Shown here piece after piece: positions 43,086 through 52,675 of a DNA stretch of 64,000 bases. Position 1 is the first letter of the stretch. The number at the start of each line of letters is the position of its first letter. The translations under genes and the position numbers were made by a program. The stretch spans positions 124,001 through 188,000 of the IMG/VR virus record IMGVR_UViG_3300030616_000016, one strand, 5' to 3'. Below the pieces are notes generated by a model, which was given only the letters and a program-made list of their open reading frames with translations, was not told where the DNA came from and did no database searches.

Positions 43086-43120
43086 GTCTTTTGAACTGAG
43101 CAAATTTGGAGGTAACAAAA

Positions 43121-44461
43121 ATGCCTGATACTAATATTGAATTACTTCAGGATCTTATAAGCGATCCTAAAGAGTTCGTGCTCAAAGCCGTTAAGGAAGC
43201 AGGTAATGTTGATCAGCCTGACGGACCTAGTCCTGCCGCTAAGCTTGAAGATAGAGCGAACAAGTGGAAATCGGTTTGGGACAATAACGGTTATCTGCCT
43301 GAAGAACCTACAACCCGTATCACATATGCTGATATGGTTGAGAAGGACAAGCAGGTAAGAAACGAACTGTTGAAAGATACTGCTACATCCGCAGATCAGA
43401 TGCCATTTCTCATTCAGAGAGTGGTAGACAAAACTGTCAAAGAACCCATGGAATGGAATCAGGTTCTGACCGGTCTTCTTCAGAAGGCTTCCTTCCAGAA
43501 TGGTCAGCAAGTAGTTATGCCGGCTGTTGGTGCTCTTGGCGGCTTAAATCTTGATATGGCTGAAGGTGATGAATATCCGGAAGCTACTCTTGATTTCGCT
43601 GGTAGCGTTGTGGCAAAAATCGGCAAGGTCGGTATTGCATGTCGTCTGACTGAAGAAATCATTCGTTATTCTCAGTTTGACATTATGAACCTGCACATCC
43701 GTGCTTGCGGTCGTGCTCTTGCACGTCACAAAGAAACAAAGGTTGCTAATCACATTCGTAGTCTCGGTGTGACATCCTTTGATAACTCGGACAATGCCTA
43801 TCAGAACACAAGTGGTCGTGATACGGCAGGCGCAGCCAATGGTGCTTTCACCCTTGACGACCTGCTAACAATGTACGGTCAGCTTGTAAACGCCGGCTTT
43901 GTTCCCAATACCCTTATCATGAATCCTCTCGCATGGCTGATCTTTGCTAAAGATCCTGTTATGCGTCATATGTTCATGACAGGTAATGGTGGACAGTTCT
44001 TCCAGAACTTCCAGGGTGGCGTTGGTTATGTATCTGAGTTCGAGAACAAGTCTTTTGGTGCCGGCAATGTTGGCCATAGCGCAGGTCTTGGCAAAAACGT
44101 TGCTACAACATACACCAATGTTCCGACTCTGGTTGGTGTTCCTTTTAACATCGTTGTTAGCCCTGCAATTCCGTACAACACAAGCGATAATACGACAGAT
44201 ATTATTATGTGTGATCGGAATAACCTGGGTCTCATGATTGTTGACGAAACAGTTCAGTCCGACCGTTGGAATGATCCGTCATTTGATATCATGAAGATCA
44301 AGTTCCGCGAAAGATACGCTATCGCGATTCTTAACCAGGGACAGGCAGTCCGCGTTGCTAAGAATGTTAAGGTCACGAAACATTATGACCTTGAAAACAT
44401 GCTTACATGGCAGGCTGGATCTGGCGAGCTGGCAGACCCTGGAACAACAGCTCTGTACTAA
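43121..44461 (+). CDS. Major capsid protein (HK97 fold)
   Basis: MAEGDEYPE, KVGIACRLTEEIIRYSQFDIMNLHIRACGRALARHKE, IKFRERY; followed by a terminator. Confidence 0.9.
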   Translation: MPDTNIELLQDLISDPKEFVLKAVKEAGNVDQPDGPSPAAKLEDRANKWKSVWDNNGYLPEEPTTRITYADMVEKDKQVRNELLKDTATSADQMPFLIQRVVDKTVKEPMEWNQVLTGLLQKASFQNGQQVVMPAVGALGGLNLDMAEGDEYPEATLDFAGSVVAKIGKVGIACRLTEEIIRYSQFDIMNLHIRACGRALARHKETKVANHIRSLGVTSFDNSDNAYQNTSGRDTAGAANGAFTLDDLLTMYGQLVNAGFVPNTLIMNPLAWLIFAKDPVMRHMFMTGNGGQFFQNFQGGVGYVSEFENKSFGAGNVGHSAGLGKNVATTYTNVPTLVGVPFNIVVSPAIPYNTSDNTTDIIMCDRNNLGLMIVDETVQSDRWNDPSFDIMKIKFRERYAIAILNQGQAVRVAKNVKVTKHYDLENMLTWQAGSGELADPGTTALY

Positions 44462-44482
44462 TCATTTGATTGGTGCCTCAAT

Positions 44483-44518
44483 AGCCCGCCCGCCAAACGG
44501 CGGGTGGGCTTTCTTTTT
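44483..44518 (+). terminator. Intrinsic terminator after the MCP gene
   Basis: AGCCCGCCCGCC-AAAC-GGCGGGTGGGCT then TTCTTTTT. Confidence 0.9.
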
Positions 44519-44542
44519 GTCAACAGATTGGAGCTATCTAAT

Positions 44543-44968
44543 ATGAACAGCAATGAAAATGAAATTCCGATTAGCGACATTGATCCAACGCCATATTTTC
44601 AACAAACTATGAATGTTTCAGATGTTCTCGCTTTACCTTTGGTTCATTTTATAGATGCAGTGAATGATGGGAATTGGACAGACTTTGCATTGTCGAGATT
44701 AAAAGAAGAAGAGATTTCTAATCAGAATAGAGAAAGATACATTAATATTATTAATGAAAGAATAAAAACCACTCAGTCAGATGAGGGTCCTACTGAGGCT
44801 TATGATGAAGCTTCTGATGAGCTTTTACTTAAGGATGGCAAGGCCTTTATAAAGAAAGACGGTGAATTGGTTCCGTATACTACTCCTGGTCTTCAAAAGA
44901 GAATGGAGAGCCTGGAAGAGGAACTGAACTGTGAAGAAAGAAAACGCAGAGCTATGGAGCTTCTATAA
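44543..44968 (+). CDS. Hypothetical virion-module protein
   Basis: GGAG SD before ATG 44543. Confidence 0.6.
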   Translation: MNSNENEIPISDIDPTPYFQQTMNVSDVLALPLVHFIDAVNDGNWTDFALSRLKEEEISNQNRERYINIINERIKTTQSDEGPTEAYDEASDELLLKDGKAFIKKDGELVPYTTPGLQKRMESLEEELNCEERKRRAMELL

Positions 44969-46477
44969 ATGGATATAATAAGATCTGTACCCAGCAATGG
45001 TTCTAATGATGTTTCTCCTAACATAACTCTTTATGTATCATTAAGTAAGAACCTTGATTCTTCTACGGTTAACGCTGGTACGGTTCTGCTCACTAATCTT
45101 GATACCAATGAAGTTCTTAGGTCAGAAATAACACTTAATAAAAATACTATCAGCATTCTTCCGTCCATTGTCATGGACGAATTTACATCATATCGTTTGG
45201 ATCTTATAGGAGCGGATGCAGATTCTCCAGGTGGTTGTATAGTAGCTGCAGATTCTACATACTTGGATGAAACTCTTTCTATATCCTTCCAGACATCTGA
45301 ATATGTAGCTTCAGCTCAGACTATTGTTCCAGAGACAACAACGTTTTCTGGCGGATCCACATCTGGATCTGGTTCAGAATCAAGTGGCTCTGGTTGTTCT
45401 TACGCACCAACTGCAACAACTCCTAACAACGACGCAGATGGTGATGGAGTCACAGATGGTTATCAGGTAGTAGAAGATGCCTCAAATGACATGACATACG
45501 CATATGAGAATGATCTTTATGTTGTGGATGCTACTCCTTGTGATGGTGCTTCTGATATTCTTCCTGAAGATGTTAATGCTGAATCATCTATTGTAATACA
45601 GTTTAGTAGACCAATAGATGAAGAGACTGTTGCGTCTGCTTTAACTATTAAACAACATCCCATAGGCGGATTAAGGTTTGCAGGCACATCAGAAGAAGAT
45701 ATAGCGGAAAGAGCTGCTTCCACTTCCAATGACCTATTTTGCATTACTAATAGGCGGGATTATATCAATCCATCATATGACATATCTGTTTCAAATGAGT
45801 ATCTGACAATTGATTTGACAGACGATCCTGTTAGACTCAATTCTGAAGTCAATGTCACAATATCACGTAAGCTTCAGTCTACAGCCGGCGACTCTGGTAA
45901 TCAGGTATTCTTAAAAGAAACTTCGCACATTGACTTTACGACTGTGTTATTCCCTCTGTATGTTGATGTTGAAGAAATTAGACTAGAGCTTGCCGAACTA
46001 AGCGTTACTGCAACAGATGAAATTATTAATAGGCTTGTTCTTGTTAATAGTATTGCTGCATGGAATACAGCATGCCAGGGATTCGAATTCTGCAATCCAC
46101 CTGGTGCTGCTATCGGCTATGCAAAAGCCAAAACGGCTCTTGACATATTTGATATGTCGCAGACTCGTGGTATTATGAACCCAGGTATATCTAAGTCATT
46201 AGGTGATTTTAGTATATCCTACAAAGGCAATGCTAGATATAGGACTCCTAAAGAAGATGAACTTGCACAAGATGTTAAAGATGCAGCTAGCTGGCTTAAA
46301 AGGACTTACTGCACTAAACGAGCTAGCAGCACTGCCGTTAAAGGCAGAACAGCTGCTACAACACAAGGTGATTTTAGACGTAGAACATGGCGCAAGACTG
46401 GATGGACGCCCAATAGGGCAAATACTAAATCTGAGAGGCAATATAGATTGCCAGGCTCAGGAGACTACTGGTCATAA
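44969..46477 (+). CDS. Two Ig-like (Big_5-type) domains fused to a head-tail adaptor-like domain
   Basis: IIRSVPSNGSNDVS...SKNLDSSTV and VVDATPCDGA...IQFSRPIDEETV; C-terminal YVDVEEIRLEL...SKSLGDFSISY. Confidence 0.7.
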   Translation: MDIIRSVPSNGSNDVSPNITLYVSLSKNLDSSTVNAGTVLLTNLDTNEVLRSEITLNKNTISILPSIVMDEFTSYRLDLIGADADSPGGCIVAADSTYLDETLSISFQTSEYVASAQTIVPETTTFSGGSTSGSGSESSGSGCSYAPTATTPNNDADGDGVTDGYQVVEDASNDMTYAYENDLYVVDATPCDGASDILPEDVNAESSIVIQFSRPIDEETVASALTIKQHPIGGLRFAGTSEEDIAERAASTSNDLFCITNRRDYINPSYDISVSNEYLTIDLTDDPVRLNSEVNVTISRKLQSTAGDSGNQVFLKETSHIDFTTVLFPLYVDVEEIRLELAELSVTATDEIINRLVLVNSIAAWNTACQGFEFCNPPGAAIGYAKAKTALDIFDMSQTRGIMNPGISKSLGDFSISYKGNARYRTPKEDELAQDVKDAASWLKRTYCTKRASSTAVKGRTAATTQGDFRRRTWRKTGWTPNRANTKSERQYRLPGSGDYWS

Positions 46478-46488
46478 GGAATATTAAT

Positions 46489-46845
46489 ATGAATGATGAA
46501 GTTAAGAAAATTGCAGAGCAAAAGCAGCCGGATATGGATATTTATTCTACACCTGATCTCAATCAGGCAGTTGTCTTAATGGAGAAAGGCCACGCGCTTT
46601 TTGACATAGACAAAAAGTCCATAAGACCAAGGAAGACAGCAAGAAAGGTCCAGAAGTATAAAATCGTATTCTTGTTTGAGAATACTGATAAGCTCAGAAA
46701 AGATATCTGCGCATATGTTTCTGGTAACTGTATGATAGACGCTCAGTCTTTGCTTGGAAGGTTAAGATCCACAAGAGCTATGGTCGAGTCGGCATCGTCC
46801 AGTATGATGTCCTTATCGGAGATGGATAATGCAGAAACCAATTGA
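46489..46845 (+). CDS. DUF5659-like small protein
   Basis: YSTPDLNQAVVLMEKG...IVFLFE...YVSG...AQSLLGRLR pattern. Confidence 0.55.
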   Translation: MNDEVKKIAEQKQPDMDIYSTPDLNQAVVLMEKGHALFDIDKKSIRPRKTARKVQKYKIVFLFENTDKLRKDICAYVSGNCMIDAQSLLGRLRSTRAMVESASSSMMSLSEMDNAETN

Positions 46846-47881
46846 TGGATTTGTGCCGACTAGAGTTGGTCGGAAGAACTCTATCGACAATATTCATTTT
46901 ATAGATACTCCTTTCTATCGCCCTTACTGGAGCCATATAGAAAAGACTGGGCCTGCACCAAGAGCCAGAGCTCAAAGACAGGCTACAGTTGATGATTTTC
47001 TTGATTTTATTTATATTGGACTCAAGACTTATCAGGGTTATTGGGAAAGCCATGGTACAAATCCATACATGGTCTACTTTCCTTTTGCTTTATCTCTTGA
47101 CAAAGGCGATAAAGTGTTTAATATTAAACAGAGATGCAATTATTCAAACAGTGACAATATTGTTGCGTATACAATTAAGTCTCTGGTTAGAAGCGCAGGA
47201 CAAAATGTTGTCTTACTTGATGGCAATGAAGCGCCCCATAAAGATGACACTTTGATTCTAGATGAATCCTCGAATAAGATAGCCGACTTTCATGTTGGCT
47301 ATCCTAATTCTGAGATCGGTCATCAGTATTTTACTGAAGACCAGCTAAGTGAGAATGCGGCGAATCCTTGGGTCGACACTATCACTTATAGAATCCTTAA
47401 AACAGAACCAGCTGGCGCTAGGGATCTGTTTCAAGGAAGACGCGAGTATAAACCAAGGGTGATGGAAACTCAATATGAATCATTGCAGGGCAGAAATGTT
47501 GAGTATCGTGTCCAGTCATTCGATAGCAATATTCAATTCGATTGCTGGGCCGAGACTAATGAACGTGCCGAAAACCTCGCGAGTTGGTTCAGGTACTTCA
47601 TGAATCTGTATATTCCTATCTTCCAGGAGAATGGCGTTATTCAATGCATATTCCTTGGAAAGATGGAGGATATACATGTTACAAGATGGCGCGACGACAT
47701 TATAGCAAGATCTCTTGTATATGGTGTCAGAACCCAAGAAGTAACAGCTTATGACGTTGGAGTGTTTCATTCACTAAGAGCTGGCTTTGATCTTGGTATT
47801 GATGGAAACCTCGAAACTATAAGCATTCTGAAAGACGATCTGCCTTCGCCATCTAATGAATTAAGTGGAGTAATAATATGA
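46829..47881 (+). CDS. Tail completion / neck protein
   Basis: Immediately before the sheath; KPRVME...FDSNIQFDCWAETNERAENLASWF. Confidence 0.6.
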   Translation: MQKPIDGFVPTRVGRKNSIDNIHFIDTPFYRPYWSHIEKTGPAPRARAQRQATVDDFLDFIYIGLKTYQGYWESHGTNPYMVYFPFALSLDKGDKVFNIKQRCNYSNSDNIVAYTIKSLVRSAGQNVVLLDGNEAPHKDDTLILDESSNKIADFHVGYPNSEIGHQYFTEDQLSENAANPWVDTITYRILKTEPAGARDLFQGRREYKPRVMETQYESLQGRNVEYRVQSFDSNIQFDCWAETNERAENLASWFRYFMNLYIPIFQENGVIQCIFLGKMEDIHVTRWRDDIIARSLVYGVRTQEVTAYDVGVFHSLRAGFDLGIDGNLETISILKDDLPSPSNELSGVII

Positions 47882-47945
47882 ATATAACCGTGTTCTTAGT
47901 GACGCGTGAGTAAAACAACCCTCAAACATACTGGAGGCTAATAAT

Positions 47946-49295
47946 ATGGCTTTAGAAAATCTTCCAAGGGTTGACGTCACAGTTAATGATGGTGGACTAA
48001 GACTTTCAAGACCTATTGCAGGTCCGAAAGTTACTTTACTTGGTGTAACAACATCAACCAATCTTGATCTTTTTGAACCTTACCTGGTTCCTGATATCGA
48101 GACTGGGTTTACTGCTGCGGCAGAATCTACTGGTCGTCCTTCAGAGCTTAGTAAAGCTCTTGAGGAAGCCTATGCTGGTGGAGCGCGCGCTGTAGAGCTT
48201 GTTAAGATTGCTGATACTTCTAACGAAGCATGCACTCTTGATCAACGTTATGCAGCTCTTGATAGCGCGTATGATGTTCTTGCTAATACGGAAGTTGACG
48301 TAGTTGTTCCGGTTAGTGCTTACATTGACAATCCAGCTGCAAGCGGTGATTTTGCTTATCAGCTAGCAGATTTCTGCTACAATACTACTGCTGTTAATCG
48401 TTCTGCAATTGGCGTTATCGATCATAGAAACGCTGCTCAAATTGCTAGCGATGAAGATGGTTCTGGTATTGATGTTGACCAAGGTACACCTACACTGACC
48501 CAGATTGAAACCTGGGTTTCTGCGCTCGAAAACTTTACGTATTGTTCGAGCTTTGATGGCGTTACCGACAGCAACAGTGATAACTTGCCTGACGCTTACA
48601 AGTACTGGGCTACGACAGATCATCTGCCAGCCCTTTCTGGTGCCGGCACAGTTATCACAGATAACAGAAACAACCCGATTGACATCGGTGCTTATATTAG
48701 TGTGACAGCTATGAACGCACGCTATTATAACTCTTCTGCTCAATATCTATATCCATCAACGTCTTATTACAATGGAAATGGTGCTGCGTACTATGCAGGA
48801 AAGATTACATCTCTTGTACCACACAGTGCTACAACCAATAAGACGCTTGAGAATATTCTTGAGCAGAGAACTATGTCCTTAAGTCAGGTGAATAGAATTG
48901 TGGGAGCGAGATTCGTTACCACAGCTCTGAAACCTAAGGGCATTGTGGTAGCTAGAGGCATTACTGGCGCTTATAATATCTCTTCATATGCCAGATCAGA
49001 CTTTGTTAATCTGACCACTGTACGTATAACTCATGAATCTATACGTGTAACCAGAGAGACAGCTGATCCGTTCCTTGGCGAACCAAACACAGCTACAAAC
49101 AGAGCATCGCTTGAACAGGCTCTTGATGTTGCTTATGGTAAGCTACAGGAAAATGGCGCACTGCAGAGATATCAGTTCAGTCTGACAGCGACACCAAGCC
49201 AGCAGGTACTTGGTGAGGCCAGCCTTAGCTTAACTCTTGTTCCTGCATTTGAACTGGTCAAGGTTACGACTGTAATCAGCCTTGCACCCGCATAA
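47946..49295 (+). CDS. Tail sheath protein
   Basis: N-terminal LPRVDVTVNDGG; C-terminal FLGEPN...SLTLVPAFELVKVTTVISL. Confidence 0.9.
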   Translation: MALENLPRVDVTVNDGGLRLSRPIAGPKVTLLGVTTSTNLDLFEPYLVPDIETGFTAAAESTGRPSELSKALEEAYAGGARAVELVKIADTSNEACTLDQRYAALDSAYDVLANTEVDVVVPVSAYIDNPAASGDFAYQLADFCYNTTAVNRSAIGVIDHRNAAQIASDEDGSGIDVDQGTPTLTQIETWVSALENFTYCSSFDGVTDSNSDNLPDAYKYWATTDHLPALSGAGTVITDNRNNPIDIGAYISVTAMNARYYNSSAQYLYPSTSYYNGNGAAYYAGKITSLVPHSATTNKTLENILEQRTMSLSQVNRIVGARFVTTALKPKGIVVARGITGAYNISSYARSDFVNLTTVRITHESIRVTRETADPFLGEPNTATNRASLEQALDVAYGKLQENGALQRYQFSLTATPSQQVLGEASLSLTLVPAFELVKVTTVISLAPA

Positions 49296-49314
49296 TTCAT
49301 AGGAGGTAATCAAT

Positions 49315-50007
49315 ATGCCACTTACAGAAGGCAACCTTCCTCGTGAAAACAGCATCTACACCAGAAGCTATAACAGTTTTGGTGGAGTTGATATGCTGGT
49401 AACGTTTGCGGGAAAGGTAATCGGCGAATTACAGGGTATTTCATACTCTGTAACCAGAGAAAAGGCTCCTCTTTATACTATGGGTAGTGCGGATCCTAGA
49501 AGTTTTAGTCGTGGCAAGCGTGGTATTGCTGGCTCACTGATCTTCTTAGTATTTGACCGCGATGCTCTACAGTGGGGTCTTCGTGAGTCTGGTAAGTTCT
49601 TGGCCAATAGATGGGAAGTACAGCAGGCTCAGAGCCTTGCTACTGGTGAAGGATATTCCTTCTCCAATACAGGCACAGTTGCTGCTGGTCTGAATACCAC
49701 AAATGATCTGGAATCTGGTCTGTACGACAAGGTTCCGTCAAGAGCATGGTATGCTGACCAGGTACCGCCATTTGACATTGTCATCTTGGCGGCCAACGAA
49801 TATGGTCATCTGGCAAGAATGGAAATCCGTGGTGTTGAAGTTCTTAACTCCGGTTCCGGAATGTCAATTGACGATATTACAACTGATCAGAGTTGTACTT
49901 TCGTGGCCAGGTCTATCGTTCCTTGGTTTGGTCAGAAGTATGTTAACCCAGCCACAGGACAGGTGTCTGAATCTCAGGGTGCAAACCCGAGTTCATTCTC
50001 CAATTAA
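49315..50007 (+). CDS. Tail tube protein
   Basis: ELQGISYSVTREKAPLYTMG...PRSFSRGKRGIAGSLIF; directly after the sheath. Confidence 0.85.
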   Translation: MPLTEGNLPRENSIYTRSYNSFGGVDMLVTFAGKVIGELQGISYSVTREKAPLYTMGSADPRSFSRGKRGIAGSLIFLVFDRDALQWGLRESGKFLANRWEVQQAQSLATGEGYSFSNTGTVAAGLNTTNDLESGLYDKVPSRAWYADQVPPFDIVILAANEYGHLARMEIRGVEVLNSGSGMSIDDITTDQSCTFVARSIVPWFGQKYVNPATGQVSESQGANPSSFSN

Positions 50008-50018
50008 GATGTATCCTT

Positions 50019-50053
50019 CCATCCGTGGCATATAGCCACGGATGGATCCTTTT
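50019..50053 (+). terminator. Hairpin after the tube gene (probable terminator)
   Basis: CCATCCGTGGC-ATATA-GCCACGGATGG then ATCCTTTT. Confidence 0.7.
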
Positions 50054-50063
50054 ATCATGAGTA

Positions 50064-51047
50064 TTGAATATGGCAAACATAGCTGACTGGATAGCATATA
50101 GCGGAAGACCTGGAATAACAGCAGATAGCCAAAGAGCTATAAATCAAGCTCTTGCAACAGGCAACAATACCCAGTTAAATACCGTCCAAAAGACATTCCT
50201 AAGTCCATCTGAATTCTGGGCTGGTTCCGACCACTATAAAATCAACACAGAATATAGGCCTGATTGGGCATTGCGCGCAGCAGAAATAAACAATGTTCAA
50301 AGGTCAGATACAGTGTCATTTAGTGGGTCAGATATTACCGGTGTCATATGGTTTCCTATATTTGGTCAAGGCGCCGGCTTTGAAATACAAACATTACAGA
50401 CAGTAACCGTAAATACTTTTAGAGATCTTATTCCTGGCAGAACGCTTGGGAGAGCTTCTGCTTCTGGCTACGCCAGAGGAACACGTACATGTGCAGGTTC
50501 TTTGGTTATGATTATGGCTGAACAAGAACCCTTTGTGCAGTTTGCCCCAGTTATTGAAGCCAATAGAAATAGTACTGATGCAGGCGACAACCCGATACTG
50601 ATAGATAGAATTCCTCCATTCTATCTTATCCTGAATGCTACCTCTGAAGTTCCTCAGGCTTACAACAATAACGGAACTCAAAAAGTTCAGTCAGACGGAT
50701 CCTATACTGCTCATAGCGGTATCACAGTGCTCAAGAATGTTCACTTTGTGAGTACCGGCACAACTTACAGCGTCAACGATTTATACACAGAAACAATGTA
50801 TCAGTTTGTATGTGAAGATGTGATGCCTTTTGCTACTAAAGACGTTGTTGGTGTTTTGAGAAAGCTTAAGACTAGATTAAACAGCCAGCGCGACAATAAT
50901 CCAAAAGCATCTCAGAAGGCTAGAGAGGCAATGATTAAACTGCAGGGCAAAGACAAGATTGATCCTTATTATGAAATAGAAACCTTTTTGACGAGAAATA
51001 CTGGTGGCCGTGGAGAATTTACTTCTGACGCCGCTAGAGGGTTATAA
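50064..51047 (+). CDS. Tube-fold paralog (tube initiator / hub-like)
   Basis: SFSGSDI, LQTVTVNTFR, RTLGRASASGYARGTRTCAGSLVM parallels the tube motif. Confidence 0.7.
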   Translation: MNMANIADWIAYSGRPGITADSQRAINQALATGNNTQLNTVQKTFLSPSEFWAGSDHYKINTEYRPDWALRAAEINNVQRSDTVSFSGSDITGVIWFPIFGQGAGFEIQTLQTVTVNTFRDLIPGRTLGRASASGYARGTRTCAGSLVMIMAEQEPFVQFAPVIEANRNSTDAGDNPILIDRIPPFYLILNATSEVPQAYNNNGTQKVQSDGSYTAHSGITVLKNVHFVSTGTTYSVNDLYTETMYQFVCEDVMPFATKDVVGVLRKLKTRLNSQRDNNPKASQKAREAMIKLQGKDKIDPYYEIETFLTRNTGGRGEFTSDAARGL

Positions 51048-51049
51048 AT

Positions 51050-51916
51050 ATGTCTCAATATTTTTGTGGTCCTAATTGTAAAGTTATTATGAGCGTTCCT
51101 GGTCGCAATGCCAGTTCAATTGAGCTCGACAACGCTTATTCCATAGACTACAATAATCAATCAGACAAGCATCCTTTATACGGGTTTAGAGACACAGAAT
51201 TCTCCGGCATAGCTCTCGGTCGAACCATAGTTACTGGCATGCTAGTTCTCAATAGAGAATTTAAGAACGAGCTCAGCATTGCTATTAAAGGCGATCTTGG
51301 TGCTAATGAAAGACCAGAATCAAGACCTTATGGTAATTATGTTTGGTTAACTGGGCTTTCCACCGAGCTGCAAAAGGCAAAAGATTTATTGCTCGATCTA
51401 AGTTCTACTAATGAGGAAATTAAAAATGAGATAGTGAGTCTTTCTTATGCAGCTAAAGAGTTTGGTGTCAATATCAATTTTGCAGATTTCAAATCTATCC
51501 TCGCAAGACAACAGCTGGACGAGTTGATAAAAGATATTGAATCTCGCGATTTAGATGATACAATTAATAATAATACCAATCAGACCGTTAGAGTTATTTC
51601 AGAGAAATTAAGGAAAGGATCCTATGGCTTTACTGAAGCCCTTAAGAATAAATACTGGAGAAAAGAATCCGACGTAAATAATACTCAAAGGCTAACAAGA
51701 CCTTCTTCTGAAGATGTTTTTGAATATCTTAGAAAGCATGGTTATGATGCTAATCTTGAAATACACTTTGGAGAAGATCAAGAACAATCAAATTATGCTG
51801 ATCATAAAGAAGTTATTAAAGGCGTTTACTTTACTGGAGACAGAGGCCAGGCCAACATAGACTCCAGAGAGATAAACAAAGTATATTATTCATTTATTGC
51901 TAGAAGCATTGTATAG
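51050..51916 (+). CDS. Tube-fold paralog (baseplate hub-like)
   Basis: YFCGPNCKV, KHPLYGFRDTEFSGIALGRTIVTGMLVLN. Confidence 0.65.
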   Translation: MSQYFCGPNCKVIMSVPGRNASSIELDNAYSIDYNNQSDKHPLYGFRDTEFSGIALGRTIVTGMLVLNREFKNELSIAIKGDLGANERPESRPYGNYVWLTGLSTELQKAKDLLLDLSSTNEEIKNEIVSLSYAAKEFGVNINFADFKSILARQQLDELIKDIESRDLDDTINNNTNQTVRVISEKLRKGSYGFTEALKNKYWRKESDVNNTQRLTRPSSEDVFEYLRKHGYDANLEIHFGEDQEQSNYADHKEVIKGVYFTGDRGQANIDSREINKVYYSFIARSIV

Positions 51917-51928
51917 GAGGTGATTAAC

Positions 51929-52048
51929 ATGCCAGGTGGTGATGGAAGAGGCCCAAGACAAGGCTCATACCAGAGATCTAAAACAGGCAGCAAGGGCAAA
52001 CGACAGCTTGCTGGACAGAGATGCCCTATGAAGAGCAAGAAGAAGTAA
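51929..52048 (+). CDS. 39-aa basic peptide (below ORF-track cutoff)
   Basis: MPGGDGRGPRQGSYQRSKTGSKGKRQLAGQRCPMKSKKK*; perfect AGGAGGTG SD. Confidence 0.6.
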   Translation: MPGGDGRGPRQGSYQRSKTGSKGKRQLAGQRCPMKSKKK

Positions 52049-52102
52049 CACAAATATTAATATCCAAATTAAGATGAACAATTATTATTAAGGAGCATCA
52101 AG

Positions 52103-52666
52103 ATGGCAGAAAAGCAAGTAGATAAAATTCCAGGTGAAATGCCTCCAGTCGAAATGCCTGTTCCGGAAGGAACACAGCAGCTTGCAGAAGATGAAGGCAC
52201 AGGTCTTCCCAAAGGATTTGGCACCCCAGGTGCATCTGGCGCCCCAGGGGTACATCGGCCAGAACCATCTCTAAACCCAGAAGAAAAACCAGTAGACACA
52301 CCTGATGTCAGTCGCGGAGATATTCCAGCCGAGATTCTTGGTCTTGAGCAATTTCTTCCAGCCGGGCTTACTGTAGAAATGGTTTGGCAATATAAACAGC
52401 AGTATGGAAATGTTTATATTGTTGAGGTCTGTGATCAGATCTATCTATATCGTGCAATGGCCAAGCCTGAATACAAGAGCATCATGCAGATGGAAGGCGC
52501 TACAAGAGAAATGCAGGAAGAAAAGATTGCTGAGAAATGCGTTCTCTTCCCTGCGCTTGGTATTGAAGGCCTTAGAGTTGGACTGGCTGGTTTGGCATCG
52601 ACTCTCACAGAGTATATTATGAGAGCCAGTGGATTTGGAGCGATGTCCACACCAACAAAATTATAG
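52103..52666 (+). CDS. Tail assembly chaperone
   Basis: QYKQQYGNVY...YLYRAM...CVLFP...GLASTLTEYIMRASGF; precedes the large tail genes. Confidence 0.75.
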   Translation: MAEKQVDKIPGEMPPVEMPVPEGTQQLAEDEGTGLPKGFGTPGASGAPGVHRPEPSLNPEEKPVDTPDVSRGDIPAEILGLEQFLPAGLTVEMVWQYKQQYGNVYIVEVCDQIYLYRAMAKPEYKSIMQMEGATREMQEEKIAEKCVLFPALGIEGLRVGLAGLASTLTEYIMRASGFGAMSTPTKL

Positions 52667-52675
52667 AGGATATAA

